A DNA stretch of 64,000 nt, from positions 77,440,001 to 77,504,000 of the forward strand of contig NW_024704742.1 of assembly GCF_018977255.1 (NCBI RefSeq), written 5' to 3'. Source of the DNA: Callorhinchus milii (taxonomy: Eukaryota). How positions within the stretch are numbered: position 1 is the stretch's first letter; each line of letters begins with the position of its first letter. The notes under the pieces are model-generated. The model saw nothing but the letters and a program-made list of their open reading frames with translations. It did not search any database and was not told where the DNA came from. Below are positions 40,065 to 54,342 of this stretch, piece by piece. The position numbers were made by a program, and so were the translations under genes.

Positions 40065-40440
40065 TTTTGCCAATTTGTTCCCCAAAATGCCCACTCAAAG
40101 CTGGGGCAGCGGGTCTATGGGTGCCAACTACGTGCTGTTACAACAACAGCAGCAACAACAAATTGGATTTACATAGTGCCCTTCATGTCGGGAGGATGTC
40201 TCAAGGCACCCAAGTGACCATTGTTCACGTATAAGTTTAGCCATGGAGGGCAATGCAGCTGAGCCTGATCCCGATCTCACTCACTGTGCACAGATGCACA
40301 CATTCCTGCAGAGAGATCACTGGATAGTCACCTCTCGGCTCGTTCAGTCTCCTTCCCCTTTTCCCCTCCACATGCCCCACTCACAAGGGCTCAAAGACAC
40401 TGAAGCCAAATGTAGTGTCAGGGGCTGAGATCTGCTTGTC
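40065..40440 (-). mobile_element. AmnSINE2-like copy inside the NFIB 3' UTR, interrupted by an L2 tail (40140-40209)
   Basis: CCCAAGTGACCATTGTTCACGT, GCTGAGCCTGATCC and TCACTGGATAG blocks; (CAA)n...GTCGGGAGGATGTCTCAAGGCAC is an L2 tail. Confidence 0.55.
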
Positions 40441-42277
40441 CTAATGCTGCTTCCATAAGATTTCCAATTCTAAATCCAAAGGCTGAGAATTGGAATCTCA
40501 ATGTAAACTTTTGTTTTTTTTTAAAAAATGCATGCTTTTAAATAGAAAATTTTAATATTGTTCATTTCTTTTACAAACGATCCAAACATATAACCAATAT
40601 TTACCTTCATGGCACACTACAAAATATTTGACCACTGTCCAGTGATAATCAGATTTTATTTATACCTTGGAGAATCAGCTGAAACTCCTTTCATCCTATA
40701 TCTGAGTCATTTGGGGTAGGATTTTTTTGGTGGGATGATAAAGGAAGATATGTCTGTGTCCTTCTGTTGTGATGATATTGAGATTTCTACAGAAGTGAAC
40801 GTGAAGGGATGGGAGGGGGTTTGTAACTCAAGTCAAGTCTCTGCTCTCCTCCTACACCAGGATGCCAATTCTGACCAAACGAAGCCACCCCGTTCTATGT
40901 GCACTGTTTCTGCCTTTTGCTTAAGTGCTTTGCAGTCTTGGCCAATGGCATTGCCACTGAAGTGCATTTCCCCGTGTGACGTGCAGGTTGAAGACGCAAT
41001 AGATCGGGAAAAAAAATAACTGAGAAGGAGACTTACATTTTGAAAAAAAAACTGGCAAAAACTAATAACTATAGCAATAGCTGTGGGAGTATGATGCAGG
41101 CACGGCAGCTCAGTCAATAAGTGGTTGTGTAATGTGAGGGGAAACAAAAAGGAGGTCCTTAAAATGAACCACCTGCCTTGCAGACTGTAATTTGTACACT
41201 GTATAGTTTTGTTAAGAACATTTTAAAATAATCTACCCTTTTTTGTAACGCTAACATTTTTTAAATGAGTTAATTGGGGAGGATATGACTATACTGGCTT
41301 TTGAAAGACACCGGTATATGATGCCATTTTTAAGAAGAAAAGAACAATTCCTGTCGGAAGCTGGACTTGAGTTAAAACTCTCCAGTAACCTAATTTATAT
41401 ATTAAAAAAAACTGTCCATATGATGAGATTGTGTATTCCTATGCTTAAAAAGTGTAGGTTCCTAATTTTTAATCCAGTTTTAAATGGAGAAAAGTTATAT
41501 TTTATGAAGGTTATTTTGTTGTATTTAGTATTGAAAAGGTTGGTTTTCAGAAACATTTCATATTGTCGGAAGGAATACTGTCTTTTTTTTTATTAGTGTG
41601 TATGGCCTCCAGTAAAAGTCTGTGTGAGTTTTAAATGTTGGTATTTATGATTAGAGAGAGAGAGAGTGTATAAGGGTTTGGCAATGAACCCAGCCTCTGA
41701 CAGACCATCCCTATTAATGAACCCAGGTAGGATCCTGACTCAGTCTTGTATGGTTTTGAAATACAGTACAGTGCTAAGGGGAATCTATCTGAGGTCACTG
41801 GGCTAGGGCATTGGTATGGGTTTTCATTGCACAACACTGAATTGCACTTGCACCATACAAGGTTTCAAAGGTTACAGAAAGATATCCCATATACAGTGTA
41901 CAGTATTCTGTTTTTGAAAGGACAATGCGATGTTGCTGGCAATTAGGTCCCAAGACAGATACCAGACATGGTTTACATATTCCTGTTAAAGTCTGCTGTT
42001 GATAGTAACCAGCTGCATGTTTCCTGAACCCTTTTCTGTTTTGTTTTCTTCACGGAGAACTTGGACCCACATTTCTTTCCAAATGCAGAACGTGGAAAAA
42101 TCCAGTCGGAGTAAACTGAAATAACACTGATCGTGAAATCCACGTCCTGTTTTGCCCCACCTCCTCCAGGTACATATTGGATTGCAGACTTTTTTTTCTG
42201 TTTATTTTCAAGGGCATGCAATTGGCCAAAGTAGGCTTGACTGGAATATGCACAAGATAGGCAACATCATTGGTTTC

Positions 42278-42283
42278 AATAAA
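42278..42283 (+). terminator. Candidate distal polyadenylation signal AATAAA
   Basis: AATAAA followed about 27-40 nt later by a GU/U-rich element (tgttgctttgtttt, 42310-42324). Other AATAAA hexamers at 38152 and 38424 could be proximal sites. Confidence 0.6.
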
Positions 42284-44977
42284 AATCAAGTGAAAACCTA
42301 AAAACCTGATGTTGCTTTGTTTTTACCCTGCGTATTGGCATTCAAATCCGACCCCTCCCAGGGAAGGTGTCAATGCCATTGCAGCAACTTCTTGGACTGT
42401 TTCCATCCCACAGTGCTTTTTGCCACATTGTTAGTAGTTAAAGGGGACACGTTTGGAAATGGTCAATTTTCACATTTTCGTTGCAGTTTTTCCTTACAGG
42501 ATGTATGTAATACAAAAAAAAACTTTCTCTAGGTATGAGTCTCTGGAAATATCTGTGTTTTAAGAGTTTACTGTATGCTAAAGTTGTAAAAATGGTCTCA
42601 ATGTCAATGGTAGTTGGTATTGCCTCCTCAGAACTTAGTTAAGAGCCCTCACAAAAAGCAGCCTGCTAAATCAAGCAATCCTGAATTGAAGGTAAATCAC
42701 AAACAAGATACAAAATCAATTAAGTTCATTTCAAATAATTTTTAATTCCTTTTTGATCTGACAAAAAAAACAGTTTTTATTAAAATTCAAACTCATTAAT
42801 GTAACACAGCAATGATTAACCCACTGTAAAATTGCATTGAGATATAGACACAACATTTGCTGTGGATGCACATTATGAATAATGTGTTATCTGCTTGTAA
42901 AGGACATGCAGACAGTCTCTAAATGTTTTCTGAGTTGTCACAGTCTCCAAATAGCTTAAAACCAGCAGTAAATTGGTATTTTTGGCTATTAAAAATAACC
43001 GAGTGAAAGAATTTTCAAATTTCAATTGCCAGACATGGCACAACAAGAGGCCTTCTTAAATCAAGTTATGTTGGGCTTTCAGTTTAGGCTTTATTTTCGC
43101 AAGTTTGCTTGAGTCAGTCAGACTACATGTGTCAGGAGTTGTCCTTGCTATATTCAACGCTGCAATTAGTTATGCTTGATTGCTGCATCCCAGTGTTAGA
43201 AGATCATTTAATTTCCTCTAAAAGATTCCACTGCAGAGCAAGTCGTGCCATTCCTTTAGCTCTCTAATAGCTGTGCACTTAAATAGCAAGGACTAATCGG
43301 CAGAAATCACAAAACATTTCTAGCATCGGTTGCCCGATTGAAATGAAAAGTCTGGCCTTTTTTGTAGAACTGTGTTAAGTGCTGCAGTGAAGCTTAGCAT
43401 TTCCTGCAGATTAAAAACGGCTGCTGGTTTCTTTTTGCTGAAAGCCGGGAAGGCAGGTCCACTGACATGGAAACCATTTCTGCTTTTCATCACGGAACTG
43501 TTGTGTTTCTAAAGAAATAGCATGATGCATTTTTATTATCAAAACTGTGCTGCAGGGACTGGTGTTCCAAGTATAATAGCAACTAAAGGAACCTTGTTCT
43601 AGCCCTGTTCACTACAGTAATGTATGTTCTATATATGGATACCATGGATGTTACATTGAGTGACGTTAATGCAAAATAAGGATTCAAAACAAAAACCAGC
43701 ATACGTTTACCAAAAATGTCAAACAAGCAGTGCCTGTTTAATCTTGCAGTCTCTGTTGAGTTCAGTTGTAAATCTATTCATTCAGACAACTTGTTTTCTG
43801 CAAAAGTGATCCAACGCGCAGAATGTAAGGGTAAATCCTACCCAGCTGTCAGCTTCCAAGAGCTTGTTTACCTGCTCCGTATTCAGAGAGGCTCTTACGC
43901 ATAACATATATATTCTGCATTCATGTGTGTAACGGCCTGAAATACCATTTAAGTCTTGACACTGCGCACTGTACAGATTCTTTTCATTGTGAGTGTGGCT
44001 CCCCCGGTCTATCTGCAAAAGAGCTCTTTCCAGATGGGAGTTCTGACAAGCTGGGAAAGGAGTCCCCCTGTAATTGTAAGAACGTTTGAGATATTTCTCT
44101 TGAGAACAACTTTTGTAGGACTGTGTGTTTCCATAGATACATGATGCTACGTTTAGTACAGTAGTAGGTAACAAGTAGTCAGTAAGTGCTTTCTAGCCAC
44201 ACACCAGGGTTCTTCCATTTTGTAACTTGTGGCCTCTTAGTCCCTTGCCTACAGCTCTAGTCCTACAGTTGCCAAAAAGCAACTTGAACAGCCTCTATAC
44301 TGGCATGGTCGTACTGTGCTTCGGGTCTGAATGCAGATACCCAGACAGTGATGAGCCTACGTACCTGAGAGCAGCCCATTAACCTGCGACTGCAGGGACT
44401 ATGTGTTTGCAAGTTTCAAACTGGTGTAAATTCAGCTTGACTTATGTGATTGTAACTGTTATATCCAGCCTATACTGCTAGCAGCTGCTCATACTGCAGT
44501 CAATTACTGGAAGTGGATATGTTTCCTATGCAAATAAAGAAAAAAACAGTTTAAAAATAAAAATGAGCTATGCTACAAAGATTGGTCTTCTGTCGATTTG
44601 TTTTAGTCTAGAATTCTTCAAGGTTCTAAGTGCCCAATTCACACCATCAATGCCTCACTATCTGCACTTGAACACAGTCACTGCAAATCGATACATTCAT
44701 ATACCATATTCATTCATAGGTAAGAATAAGAATGATCCTTGTATTTGATACAGTGCCTTATCACTTCATCAAAATGTCTCAAAGCACTTAATTTCACAGG
44801 ATTTTCTGTAAAGTGTAGTAACTGTTTATTTGTAGACAAACACTGATAATACACCAGATGAGCAACAGCTGAATAAAAAAAGGACCATCCACTAATACAG
44901 TCAAACCTGTTCAAGTGATCACCTCCATTCAGCAACCACCCCCAGTTAACAACCATCCTGGGAGATTCCGGTTCGCG

Positions 44978-45690
44978 CACCAACAGCAAAAATTTATATT
45001 TATATAGAGCCCTCCATGCCAGGCCACGTCCTAGGACACTTAACAATGGTGGTACCCGATGCCGAGCCGGGGGAGGGGGAAGGTGAACATTGGTGCAGTC
45101 GAAGAGCAAGGTCTTCAGGCACAACCTGAAATGGGGAAAGAGGGGGCAAGGCGAAGGAATTGAGGGAGGGAGTTCCAAAGCTTCAGGCTGTAGTGTGAAG
45201 GCATGGCTGCCAATAGTGGAGCAGAGGATTTGAGGTACAAGGAGGAGGCCGGAGCTAGTAGACCAGAGACAAAGCGAGTGGGAAGCGAGGAGGTTAAAGA
45301 GATAACCTCCAAGGGATGCCAAGGAATGGAGGGATTTAAACACTCGAGTGAGGATCTTGATGTTGATCCGTTCTGTGACAGGGAGTCAGTGGAGTTTGGC
45401 AAGGACTGGGGTAATTGAGATGGCGGTGTTTGGTGCGGGTGAAAATGCAGGCGGCGAAGTTTTGGATGAGTTGAATTCTGTGAATAGTGGAGGAGGGGAG
45501 ATCGGCGAGGAGGGGGTTAGAGTAGTCCAGTCAAGAGGTGACAAAGGCGTAGATAAGGGTTTTGGCAGCTTGTGGAGTGAGGTATTGTCGGATACAGATA
45601 ATGTGGCGGAGGTGGAGGAAAGCGGTCCTGGCCAGGGCCCGGATGTGGGGGAAGCAGGATAACTGGGGAATGAACCTGATGCCTAAGTTG
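44978..45690 (-). mobile_element. Diverged L2 3' fragment
   Basis: Reverse-strand FKSLHSLA and LWNSLP motifs, homology to 30195-30950, and a tail at 44978-45040. Confidence 0.85.
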
Positions 45691-47954
45691 GGCAAGGATT
45701 CAGAGAGTGTTAAGGACAGTCTGGGGAGATTACCAACGAACTCTTACTCAGATGCCATCCTTACATAAAGCCCATTTTGCCCAGTCCCCTAAGAGGTTGT
45801 TAATGACAGTTTTGAATGTATTTTCTTCTGATTCAGTACCTGCAGCGCCTACACATGGAAAACATTGCCCCTTCATAGAACGCCAGCTTTCTGAAGTCAC
45901 TAACATGTTGTTCTCATTCTAGTTTGGTTTTGCCACCGAACATAAGTGTGGAGACACGGTGATCTGCCTTGTACATTAACTCTGTGTCCACGATGACATA
46001 TTTATTTGTAATATGCATAAATCTATTATTTTCACATTTATCATCTTGTTTTCTATATTATTGCTAACATTTCTCCCATCAGTGCAGCCGTTTAGCATGT
46101 CACATTTCCAACATCAATTTTTCCTAATGTACCTTCAGTAACAGCTCCTGCTTTCAATATGATGGACTAAAAAAAAAATTCTGTTTATATCCTAAACACT
46201 TACAAAGTTAGCTCAGAAGTGGTTGCAATAGTCAATAGAAACAAGTAAAAAAGAAACAAACATTGGCTATTATCCAGGAATCCCACCCCCTTTTCAGCAC
46301 CTTAGGACGTTCAGCACCTTGGGACGTCCTCCCGACGTGAAAGACGCTCTCTAAATGTAATTTTGTTGTTGTTGTTGTTTAGGCTAGCCTCCTGTGTTGC
46401 CTTTCTCTCTGACTCTGAATCGCTCTCACTTCCTCTATCTCCATGCCTATTCTCTTTCTCTGACTCTAGCCCTATCGACCCAGACATTCTCTTTGCTCAG
46501 CAAACATGGCCTGCTTCATATCCCTTGCCATATCTGCCCCACTCTCTGGAACTCCATCCCTCTGACTCACTCCCTCACCTTCAGGATCTGTTTGAAGATA
46601 TACTTCTTCGACCACTCTTTGGGTCATCTTTCCCCTCCACATCTCATTCATCTCACATTCCCAGCTCGGGTGTCCAGCCAGCAGTGTTAAGCACTTTGAG
46701 ATGTCCTCCTGATGTGCAAGGAGCTATGTAAATCGTAGTGTATTGTGCAATGTACGAAAATATCAACAGTTACCTTCAAGCTTCCTGAGAGAAAAAAATC
46801 CAGTTGCTTGTGAGCAAGTGAGGTTACTAATGATATAATTTAGTTGCACAACATGAGAAAATTGCGTCCCTTGTAACCTAGGAACATCACACTTGCCACT
46901 CCTAGGTGTCCAATTGTATTAGATACCTCACCAGATGCAGTGACATTCCATTCTGACAGGCAATAAAAACCAAGTGGTGGTGGCATAGCCTCCCTAAACT
47001 CTGGTGATGAGCTGCCACTCTATAACCTTGTGTCACGCTTATTATATTGAGATACTCAACATGGATAATGCCTCTGCAAAGACTACACTATTTTTCTAAA
47101 TGTGGTGGTCCCACACTCAGCACTGGAAGGATTTCATCGGCTCCTTTGANTTTTTTGCTGCATCTCATCATAAAGGTTTGTTAAACACGCTGTGTGGCTC
47201 TATATAACTAAAGTTTTAATTCTGTCCCGACTAAGCCAGAAAGTACAAGAGTAAGCAATGAGCAACATAAACATGGGCTGATATCCAGCACAACAGATAA
47301 AACTCTGCCATTAAATGTGGCAGAAAGAGTCCAATAAAATGTTAACAACAAAGGAATTCCAGATCTTGGTTCTACTTTTGTTCTTAAACTTGACCTCTGT
47401 TGGTTCCGCGGTTGTGTGAATGAAGTGATGGGTTTAAAGCTGCCGTCAGGGACATAACCAAATGTACACCACTACTTAGTTTTTGGCTGAAATGAAGAAA
47501 TCTGTCTTAGCCAACCTTTTAATTAGATTGGCCCAAGAATCATTACAGATGTCCAACAAGAGAGCCATTTACATCCATCTAAAAATAGAGCTTGGCCATT
47601 AGTTTACATAAATTAGCCAAACAGCGAAGATTATTATTCTGTCCGTCTTAAAATGTGAACTTTACATCCTTTGCAAACTATTTCAGTTTAAATCAATTGT
47701 TTTGTTGAAGTAATCATTGGTATACATACTAACTCAGATGGAGGGAGGGGTGGGCGTTGCAATAAAATTTGTATAGATATTAGGGTTTACAAATCTATCT
47801 TGTCTTACATTCCGTCACTGAAGCAAGGTATCACATATTGCTCTGTTGTTCTCAGTTTGGGGGTCTCTAAACTGCAATGTTTCTTCATATGATTCATTAA
47901 CAATTATTTTGAATTACACACTAGTAGGCATGTTCTGGTAATTGGAACTACATT

Positions 47955-48271
47955 GGAGTCCTGTAGCTCAGTGGTTAGAGCACTCACTTTGCAAGTGAGA
48001 GACCTAAGTTCAATTCCAGGCCGGGCGAAACCTTGGGCAAGTTTCCTTACTCCACACGCCTAATAATAATCCCTCCAAAAAAAACAAAACAATAATAAAT
48101 GGGTCATTTTCAATCCACGACTGTTTGTGGGACATTGCTGTGCGCAATTGGCTGCCGCGTTCGCCCACAAATATACAGTCAATTCACTTACAGTATATTC
48201 TGTGAAGCACTTTGGGACGTCCTCCCGACGTGAAAAGCGCTATATCAAATGCAAGGATTATTATTATTATT
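47955..48271 (+). mobile_element. Young tRNA-Ala/Deu SINE, full length
   Basis: Same head, core and tail as the 54019 copy. Confidence 0.93.
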
Positions 48272-51139
48272 GCATTAATCTGCAAGAACTCCTGATATTG
48301 ACCAATTCAGAGGGGAAGGTTCAGCTGGAATTTTTTGTAATAATAATCCGTATATTTGACCTTTCACTTGGGAGGACATCTCAAAGCACTTCACGGGATA
48401 TATTGCAAATCTTATAGCCGTATGTATTTGTGGGTGAATGTGGCAGCCAATTTTACTAATCCCACTATCCCACTAACTGAATTTAAGAATTTTCCACATT
48501 TATTGACAAAATTGGTCTTAAAGACAAATACTATATGAAATTTCAGGCCTAAGGAAAGATCAGTTAGAAAGTCAAGGTTAAAGAGGGACATCTGACAAAT
48601 AATTTTTGACAAAGAGCAGACAGTTACCAGTGAAGTGTATAGTCTAAATGGGTTTATAGTGCAACTAGATGTGTTTCTGTAGAGCAAAGGAATTGAAGGA
48701 TGTGGTGGCTAGGTAGATAGTCAGATTGAGAAAGAAAGCAATTTGTTGGGAGTCTTAGCCATTTCCTTCTGCTAAAATGTCGCAGATTCATTCAGATCCC
48801 TACAGATTATAGAATTACTTTTTGCCTAATCCGTAACCATTTGGGGCGAAATTAACAATTCCAGGCTGCACTCTGATTAAACCTGTCTGCAGCTTTTATT
48901 CTGTGCCAAAAATATGACTCAGAAATCCAAAGCCGTTTTTTGCAAAGAATGGCAGTGTCACAAACTCCAAAGGGAAAATCCAGAGGAAGAGTCAACACCT
49001 TTTCCATCAGCAGGAAATCACCAACTCCTCACTCGACACCAAGGGATTTCATTCACTCATGCAATGTTGTTACTGTTGCTTCAGAGAGAAATGAAAACAA
49101 GGGCCCATTCATAACTTTCCAAAGGCCATGTGTGAACATGTTGCATTTCTATAGAAAAGGCTTGATGAAAAATGTGCACCGGATTACCAAGTGCATAAAT
49201 CCTTTGAATTCACTGAAAATGGAGAGTGTTTGAACAGTTGGATGGTTATGAGATTATGTACTTCCCTGGAGTTGATGCAACATTTTACTGGTGGTGTTTA
49301 AAAGGGAAAAGGATTGGTACTTTGGAATTAAAAGCTAATATGTAGAAAAGGCAGAGAAATCCCACTAAAATAACGGCTTTTAAATACCCCCAATAATATT
49401 TTGCATCAACTCGAGCTGGAACAAGGAAATATATATTCTCACAATCTTCCATCCATTCAAGCAATTTCCATTTTACATTCAATTCAAAGTATTTTTGCGT
49501 TTGGTAATCTGTTAAACATATAACCAAGATCCCTTCTGACTGTCGAGTTGGGAGTTAAAAATCACATGGCCATATTCAAAAAGAAATGGGCATTTTCCGG
49601 AGATCCTGGCCAACAATCCCCCAAATAAAATTGTCATTCACTTCATTGCAGCTTGTGGGACATTGCGCGTAAATTGGTATTCACCTATAAACTACAGTAC
49701 ATTTTACAGTACTTCCGGAAAGTTGTTAAATCCCACTTCAAGACTTACTTACTCAACAGTTCATATGGTCATCTCCATCTCTCGCTTCTCCCTCTTTTAA
49801 TGTCCAATCCCACAATTCAACATTGTTTTGAGACACAATTCTGCGTGAAGGATGCTATATTACTGCAAGTTGTTATAATGCAATTATTATCATTATTGTA
49901 TGTTCCAGTAGAATAGCAGAACAAGCTTGATGGGCTAACTAGTTTATCTACTTCAATTGCCTTGTTCCAGAAGATTTGGATTTTATATTTTTAATTCCAT
50001 CAAAAAGTCATGTAGAATCCTGGGAACAGATTCAGCCTTTTTTGGCCTCTAAAAGAAAAGCTTGAAAGAAAATATTGAACTTTGCTGTTTTTGTAAATTA
50101 TATTCAATTTCATGGAATCCATTAACGTGTATTTTAGGCCGAGGGAAGAGATTTCGCTGTGAATCTCTTTATATCTTGCACTATTTTCTCTTCCTGTCAA
50201 GCTATTTACAAATAATTTATATTGAAGGATGCCTTGTAATAATATTTACATTTGATATAATGCCTTGTCATGTTGAATTATTTCAAAATATTTCACACAA
50301 TGAGTTACTTTGAAGTATCATTATGCAGGCAAACATGGTACCTAGCCTGCATCAGCAATGTTGCACCAACTGCATTGAAATGGATGACCAAATTCAATCT
50401 CTTCTTTTGGTGAATTTGGATGATGGATGAACAGTGATCAGGGCACAGGTAGAGCTCCCTCCCTTTTTTTAAAATAGCGCAGGCGTTCTTTAACACCGAT
50501 CGTAACCTCCAGAACAAGTAAATGACACCTGGGATCTTTAAAGTCCACCTGAACAGGCAGACGTGCTTTGGTTTAATGTCTCATCCAAAGAATAGCACCT
50601 CCGACAATGCAGCACACTGGGGCTTAAACCCACAATTATTTGACCTAGAGGTGAGTGATATCAACTGAGCCAGGCCCTTTGCCGAAGAATGAATAGCTGG
50701 ATACGATTGAGGCTCTACTCAAAAACCACCTTAACATTTATTGCTGGGAGTTCCAATTTGAAACGAATGTAAAGCCTTCGAGACAAACAGCAGAATAGTG
50801 TGTGGGAGAAGGTTTCACCTGCAGGACACTCACAGCCTGAATCCTGCATTCAACATCTTCCATGCTTCACTCTCTTCTGTTGTGCTTTGCTACATGTCCA
50901 CGTATAGGTTCCGAGTATGAAAAGCCAGCAAACAGCAACCTCCTGAGAGAGTGAGCTGACATCCTCCCAACAGCACTCCTTGGTGCATAAGTGGAGAACA
51001 ATGTGCTGGAGGAAGAGGTAGGTGACATTTGTATTGCATTTATATAGCACCTTTCACACTGGGAGGCACTTCAAGTATCAAATAGCGTATTTTAGAAATT
51101 ACATTGTGAAACCTAATTTACAGTATTCCTTAACAGATT

Positions 51140-51825
51140 TCTTAGTACTCATTCACACTTTTGTCACATCCCACTTAGACTTTTCCAATGCACTCCTCGC
51201 AGGTCTCTCTGGATTCATCACAAGCTGCAATTCATTTTTCCCGAGATCCGACACAAGCTGCATCCTTATCTTATCCACATTGAATTCCACATGGCATCAG
51301 CCTAGTCCTCATTAGGCTCCATGATTTTCCTGCCTCCCAGCAGATCGATCTCAAGGTCTGCATCCTCACCTACAAATCCATCCATTTCCTGGCACCACTT
51401 ATCTCTCTGATCTTCTCCTACCCTACTCTTCTCATCCTCTCTGTTCAGCTAACTTGGTCTTATTAGTGCCCCTGGCCCTCTCTGCTCTACCATTTGTTTC
51501 TATACCCCTAACCTCCGGATCGCCTCCCTCTGCCATTCCATCTCGCCCCCACTCTTTCTGTCTTTAAGTCCTGCCTCATATCTTACCTCTTTGAACATGG
51601 AATGGCCACCTCCCCTTCTCTTTCCTTCCTTGCTTTTTGCCCACAAAATGTACAGTCAATCTACGTTACACTATAATCTTGTGACTATATCCTGTTGAGA
51701 CATCTCAATAATGTGATAAGGTGCAATGTTAAATCCTAGGATTATTATTATAGTGTCCAACTCCTGTAAACCACTCCAAAACGTTACTCTACACAAAGTG
51801 CACTATATGAAGGTAAGATGTTAAT
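51140..51825 (+). mobile_element. Old L2 3' fragment with a SINE tail inserted at about 51635-51752
   Basis: IHTFVTSHLDFSNALLAGL and ILTYKSIH motifs. Confidence 0.75.
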
Positions 51826-52394
51826 TAGAAATATTTAATTATCAAATGCATTCAATAGTGTTTCAGATATTCAATAAAATATTCTTCAGCACATTCAATG
51901 TTTTCAAAATTTGAGAAGTTACAATTTTCTGTTGAAAAAATACTGAACATTAGATTCCAATAATATATGTACTTTGCAGTTAGTGATTTATATCTCTTGT
52001 CAATTTGGTCTCATTACTGCTCTCCTAAAGATGCTCAGACCTGGTGGAGTACAGTTCCACAGGTGCCAATAGCCTCCTTGTGCATGTGTGAGCGCACACA
52101 ATGAATGTCAGCAGGGCAATCAATCACAGTGAGATCGCAGCCAAGACCAATGCTATTCTCACCTGTATCCACACACACACTTTCCACAGGGTTATAAGTC
52201 AGCAAGCAGAAAACCCAGAAAATGTTCTCCTCTGCAGCCCAAAGGCACTGAAACCAATTGTAGACCGAATTTCAGATAGTTTTCCCTACCATAAACCGAA
52301 ATACGATAGCACAGTCTGGGAAGAAAATCTGGTGTCTTAAATATAAAACAGCTACTGTACTCTCACACTACTGTGGTGGTCCTATCTAACAGAG

Positions 52395-52820
52395 AGCTTA
52401 AGAGGAACATCTTCACGCAGAGGGTGGTCAGAATGTGGAACTCACTGTCAGTAGCTGTGGTTAAAGCAAAAACCATCAATGTTTTTAAGAGGAAATGTGA
52501 TGTATACTTGACAGAGAAGGGAATAGAAGGGAATAGGTGAAGGAATTAGATGGGATGCAGTTTGTGTGTCATATAAACATAGCCCAAACTAATTGGGCCT
52601 GTTTCTGTGCTGTAACATTCGCTGTTTAATGTGTGACCAACTCGCAATTAAAAAGTAACCTTCACGTAATTGTATAGATAATTATTTGGGGAGGACAAGT
52701 TTGAAGGGCTATGGGGAGAGAGCGGGAGGAGTGGGATTGAATTGGATAACTCTTTTGAAAGAGCCGACACAGACACGATGGGCCAAATGGCCTCCTTCTG
52801 TGCTGTATAATTCTACGACA
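52395..52820 (+). mobile_element. CR1-type 3' fragments and tails
   Basis: RRNIFTQRVVRMWNSL motif at 52400-52447. Tail ATGGGCCAAATGGCCTCCTTCTGTGCTGTA also occurs reversed at 32780-32945. Confidence 0.7.
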
Positions 52821-53204
52821 TGGGGTAGTGTCTCGGAGTGCTGATGGCGTAGTTTGACCCCGAGCCAGGGAGAAGGGGGAGGTGACCATAGGCACAGTCG
52901 AAGAAGAAAAATTGAAAAACTTAGGTGCGATCTGAAGATGGGCAAAGAGGGGACAAGGCAGAGGTAATGAAGCAGGGAATTCCATACTTCAGGACATAGT
53001 GGTTGAGGATTGGCAGTTAGATGTAGACAGTTCTAGAGGTAAAACTACAGTGTGGGTTGAACTGAAACAGAACAATGAGGGAGCAGCTCAAACTCTTGCG
53101 TTCCCAGCACAAATATAGACATAAGCTTAACATTGACATTGCTCTACTGGTTATGATCTCGAACAGAGGTTTTGTAAGGTTAGCCACATTTCTGTAACAC
53201 AGGA

Positions 53205-53832
53205 GATAATGATAATAGTCCTTATGTCTGATGTAAGATCTTTCACATGTCTCAAAGCACTTCCCAGGATATACTGTAAAATGTATTGACTGCAGTTTTA
53301 CAGACAAAGGTGGCAGCCAATGTTGCTGCAATGTTCCACAATCAGCTGTGAAGTAAATTACCAATTTTATTTGGGAGTTTGTTGGCCAGGGCATGGGGAG
53401 AAACTCCCTTCACTTTTCAAACAGTGGCATGAGATGTTTCATGTCCACCTGAACAGGAAGACATCTCACTTGGTTTAACATCCCATCTGAAGGATGGCAC
53501 CTCCAACAATGTAGTGTTCCCCCAGCACTTTATTGGACTGGCAGTCTAGATTGGCCTGTGGACTGTCAAGAAGTGGCCTGGCAAACGTGAGTAACAGTCT
53601 AGGTGAATCTGTTTTGAATCAATGTTTTGTTTCCATTTTTTTCTTGATTGAATATTTCTTGATTGATGGTATGAATCAAGAAATATTCATTCAAGAAAAT
53701 GTATGTTTGTTGGCTGACCAAAAAGGTTGGCCACCACTGGCTTAGACTATATGAGTTCTAAGTCTCAACTTGGGGCTTGAACCTATAACCTTCTGACTAA
53801 GAGGAGAGAGCGCTACCAACTGAACCAGACTG
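53205..53832 (-). mobile_element. Older Deu-domain SINE, interrupted at about 53560-53740
   Basis: Homologous by eye to 57798-58246 across head, core and tail. Confidence 0.7.
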
Positions 53833-54018
53833 ACACACTGAGATGATGGACTTTGGCATGGTGAAGGCTGTTCTCATTTACATCAGTGGTTTTCCGTGAG
53901 GGAACCCCTTCCGTTAACGGTCTTTTGTTCCTTTCTGCACGTAACCCGCAGCAGTCAACTTCCATTCGGAATTCACAGCTTAAAACTATCGTTTTTTTAT
54001 TACTATGTCCATTATATC

Positions 54019-54342
54019 GGAGTCCTGTAGCTCAGTGGTTAGAGCACTCGCTTTGCAAGCGAGAGACCTGAGTTCAATTCCAGGCAGGTCAGGGCGAAAC
54101 CTTGGGCAAGTTTCCTTACTCCACACGCCTAGTAATAATCCCTCCAAAACCAAAAACAATAATAAATTGGTCATTTTCATTCTACGACTGTTTGTGGGAC
54201 ATTGCTGTGCGCAATTGGCTGCCGCGTTCGCCCACAAATATACAGTCAATTCACTTTACAGTGTGTTCTGTGAAGCGCTTTGGGATGTCCTCCTGACATG
54301 AAAATCGCTATATCAAATGCAAGGATTATTATTATTATTATT
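54019..54342 (+). mobile_element. Young tRNA-Ala/Deu SINE, full length
   Basis: Near-identical to the 28668-28997 copy. Head has CTCGC-TTTGCAA-GCGAG (TGC anticodon loop); tail GCAAGG(ATT)n. Confidence 0.93.

Larger units (their letters stand above)
37213..42300 (+). other. NFIB: NFIB long 3' UTR (about 5.1 kb)
   Basis: Follows the stop codons, AT-rich and nearly transposon-free. Blocks at 38161-38245, 38777-38850 and 38998-39060 resemble my recollection of the mammalian NFIB 3' UTR. The end is inferred from the polyA signal. Confidence 0.7.

Noticed and set aside
47150..47150. Single ambiguous base n
   Set aside because: Assembly artefact with no biological meaning.
47983..47999. Apparent compensatory change in the SINE anticodon stem (CTCAC/GTGAG versus CTCGC/GCGAG)
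   Set aside because: Both changes are the expected CpG deamination products, so they are not evidence of structural selection.
54019..54090. tRNA-Ala(TGC)-like sequences (also at 23204, 47955 and 28997 reverse)
   Set aside because: A/B boxes and the anticodon arm are present, but the acceptor stem does not close and each runs into a SINE body. They are SINE heads.
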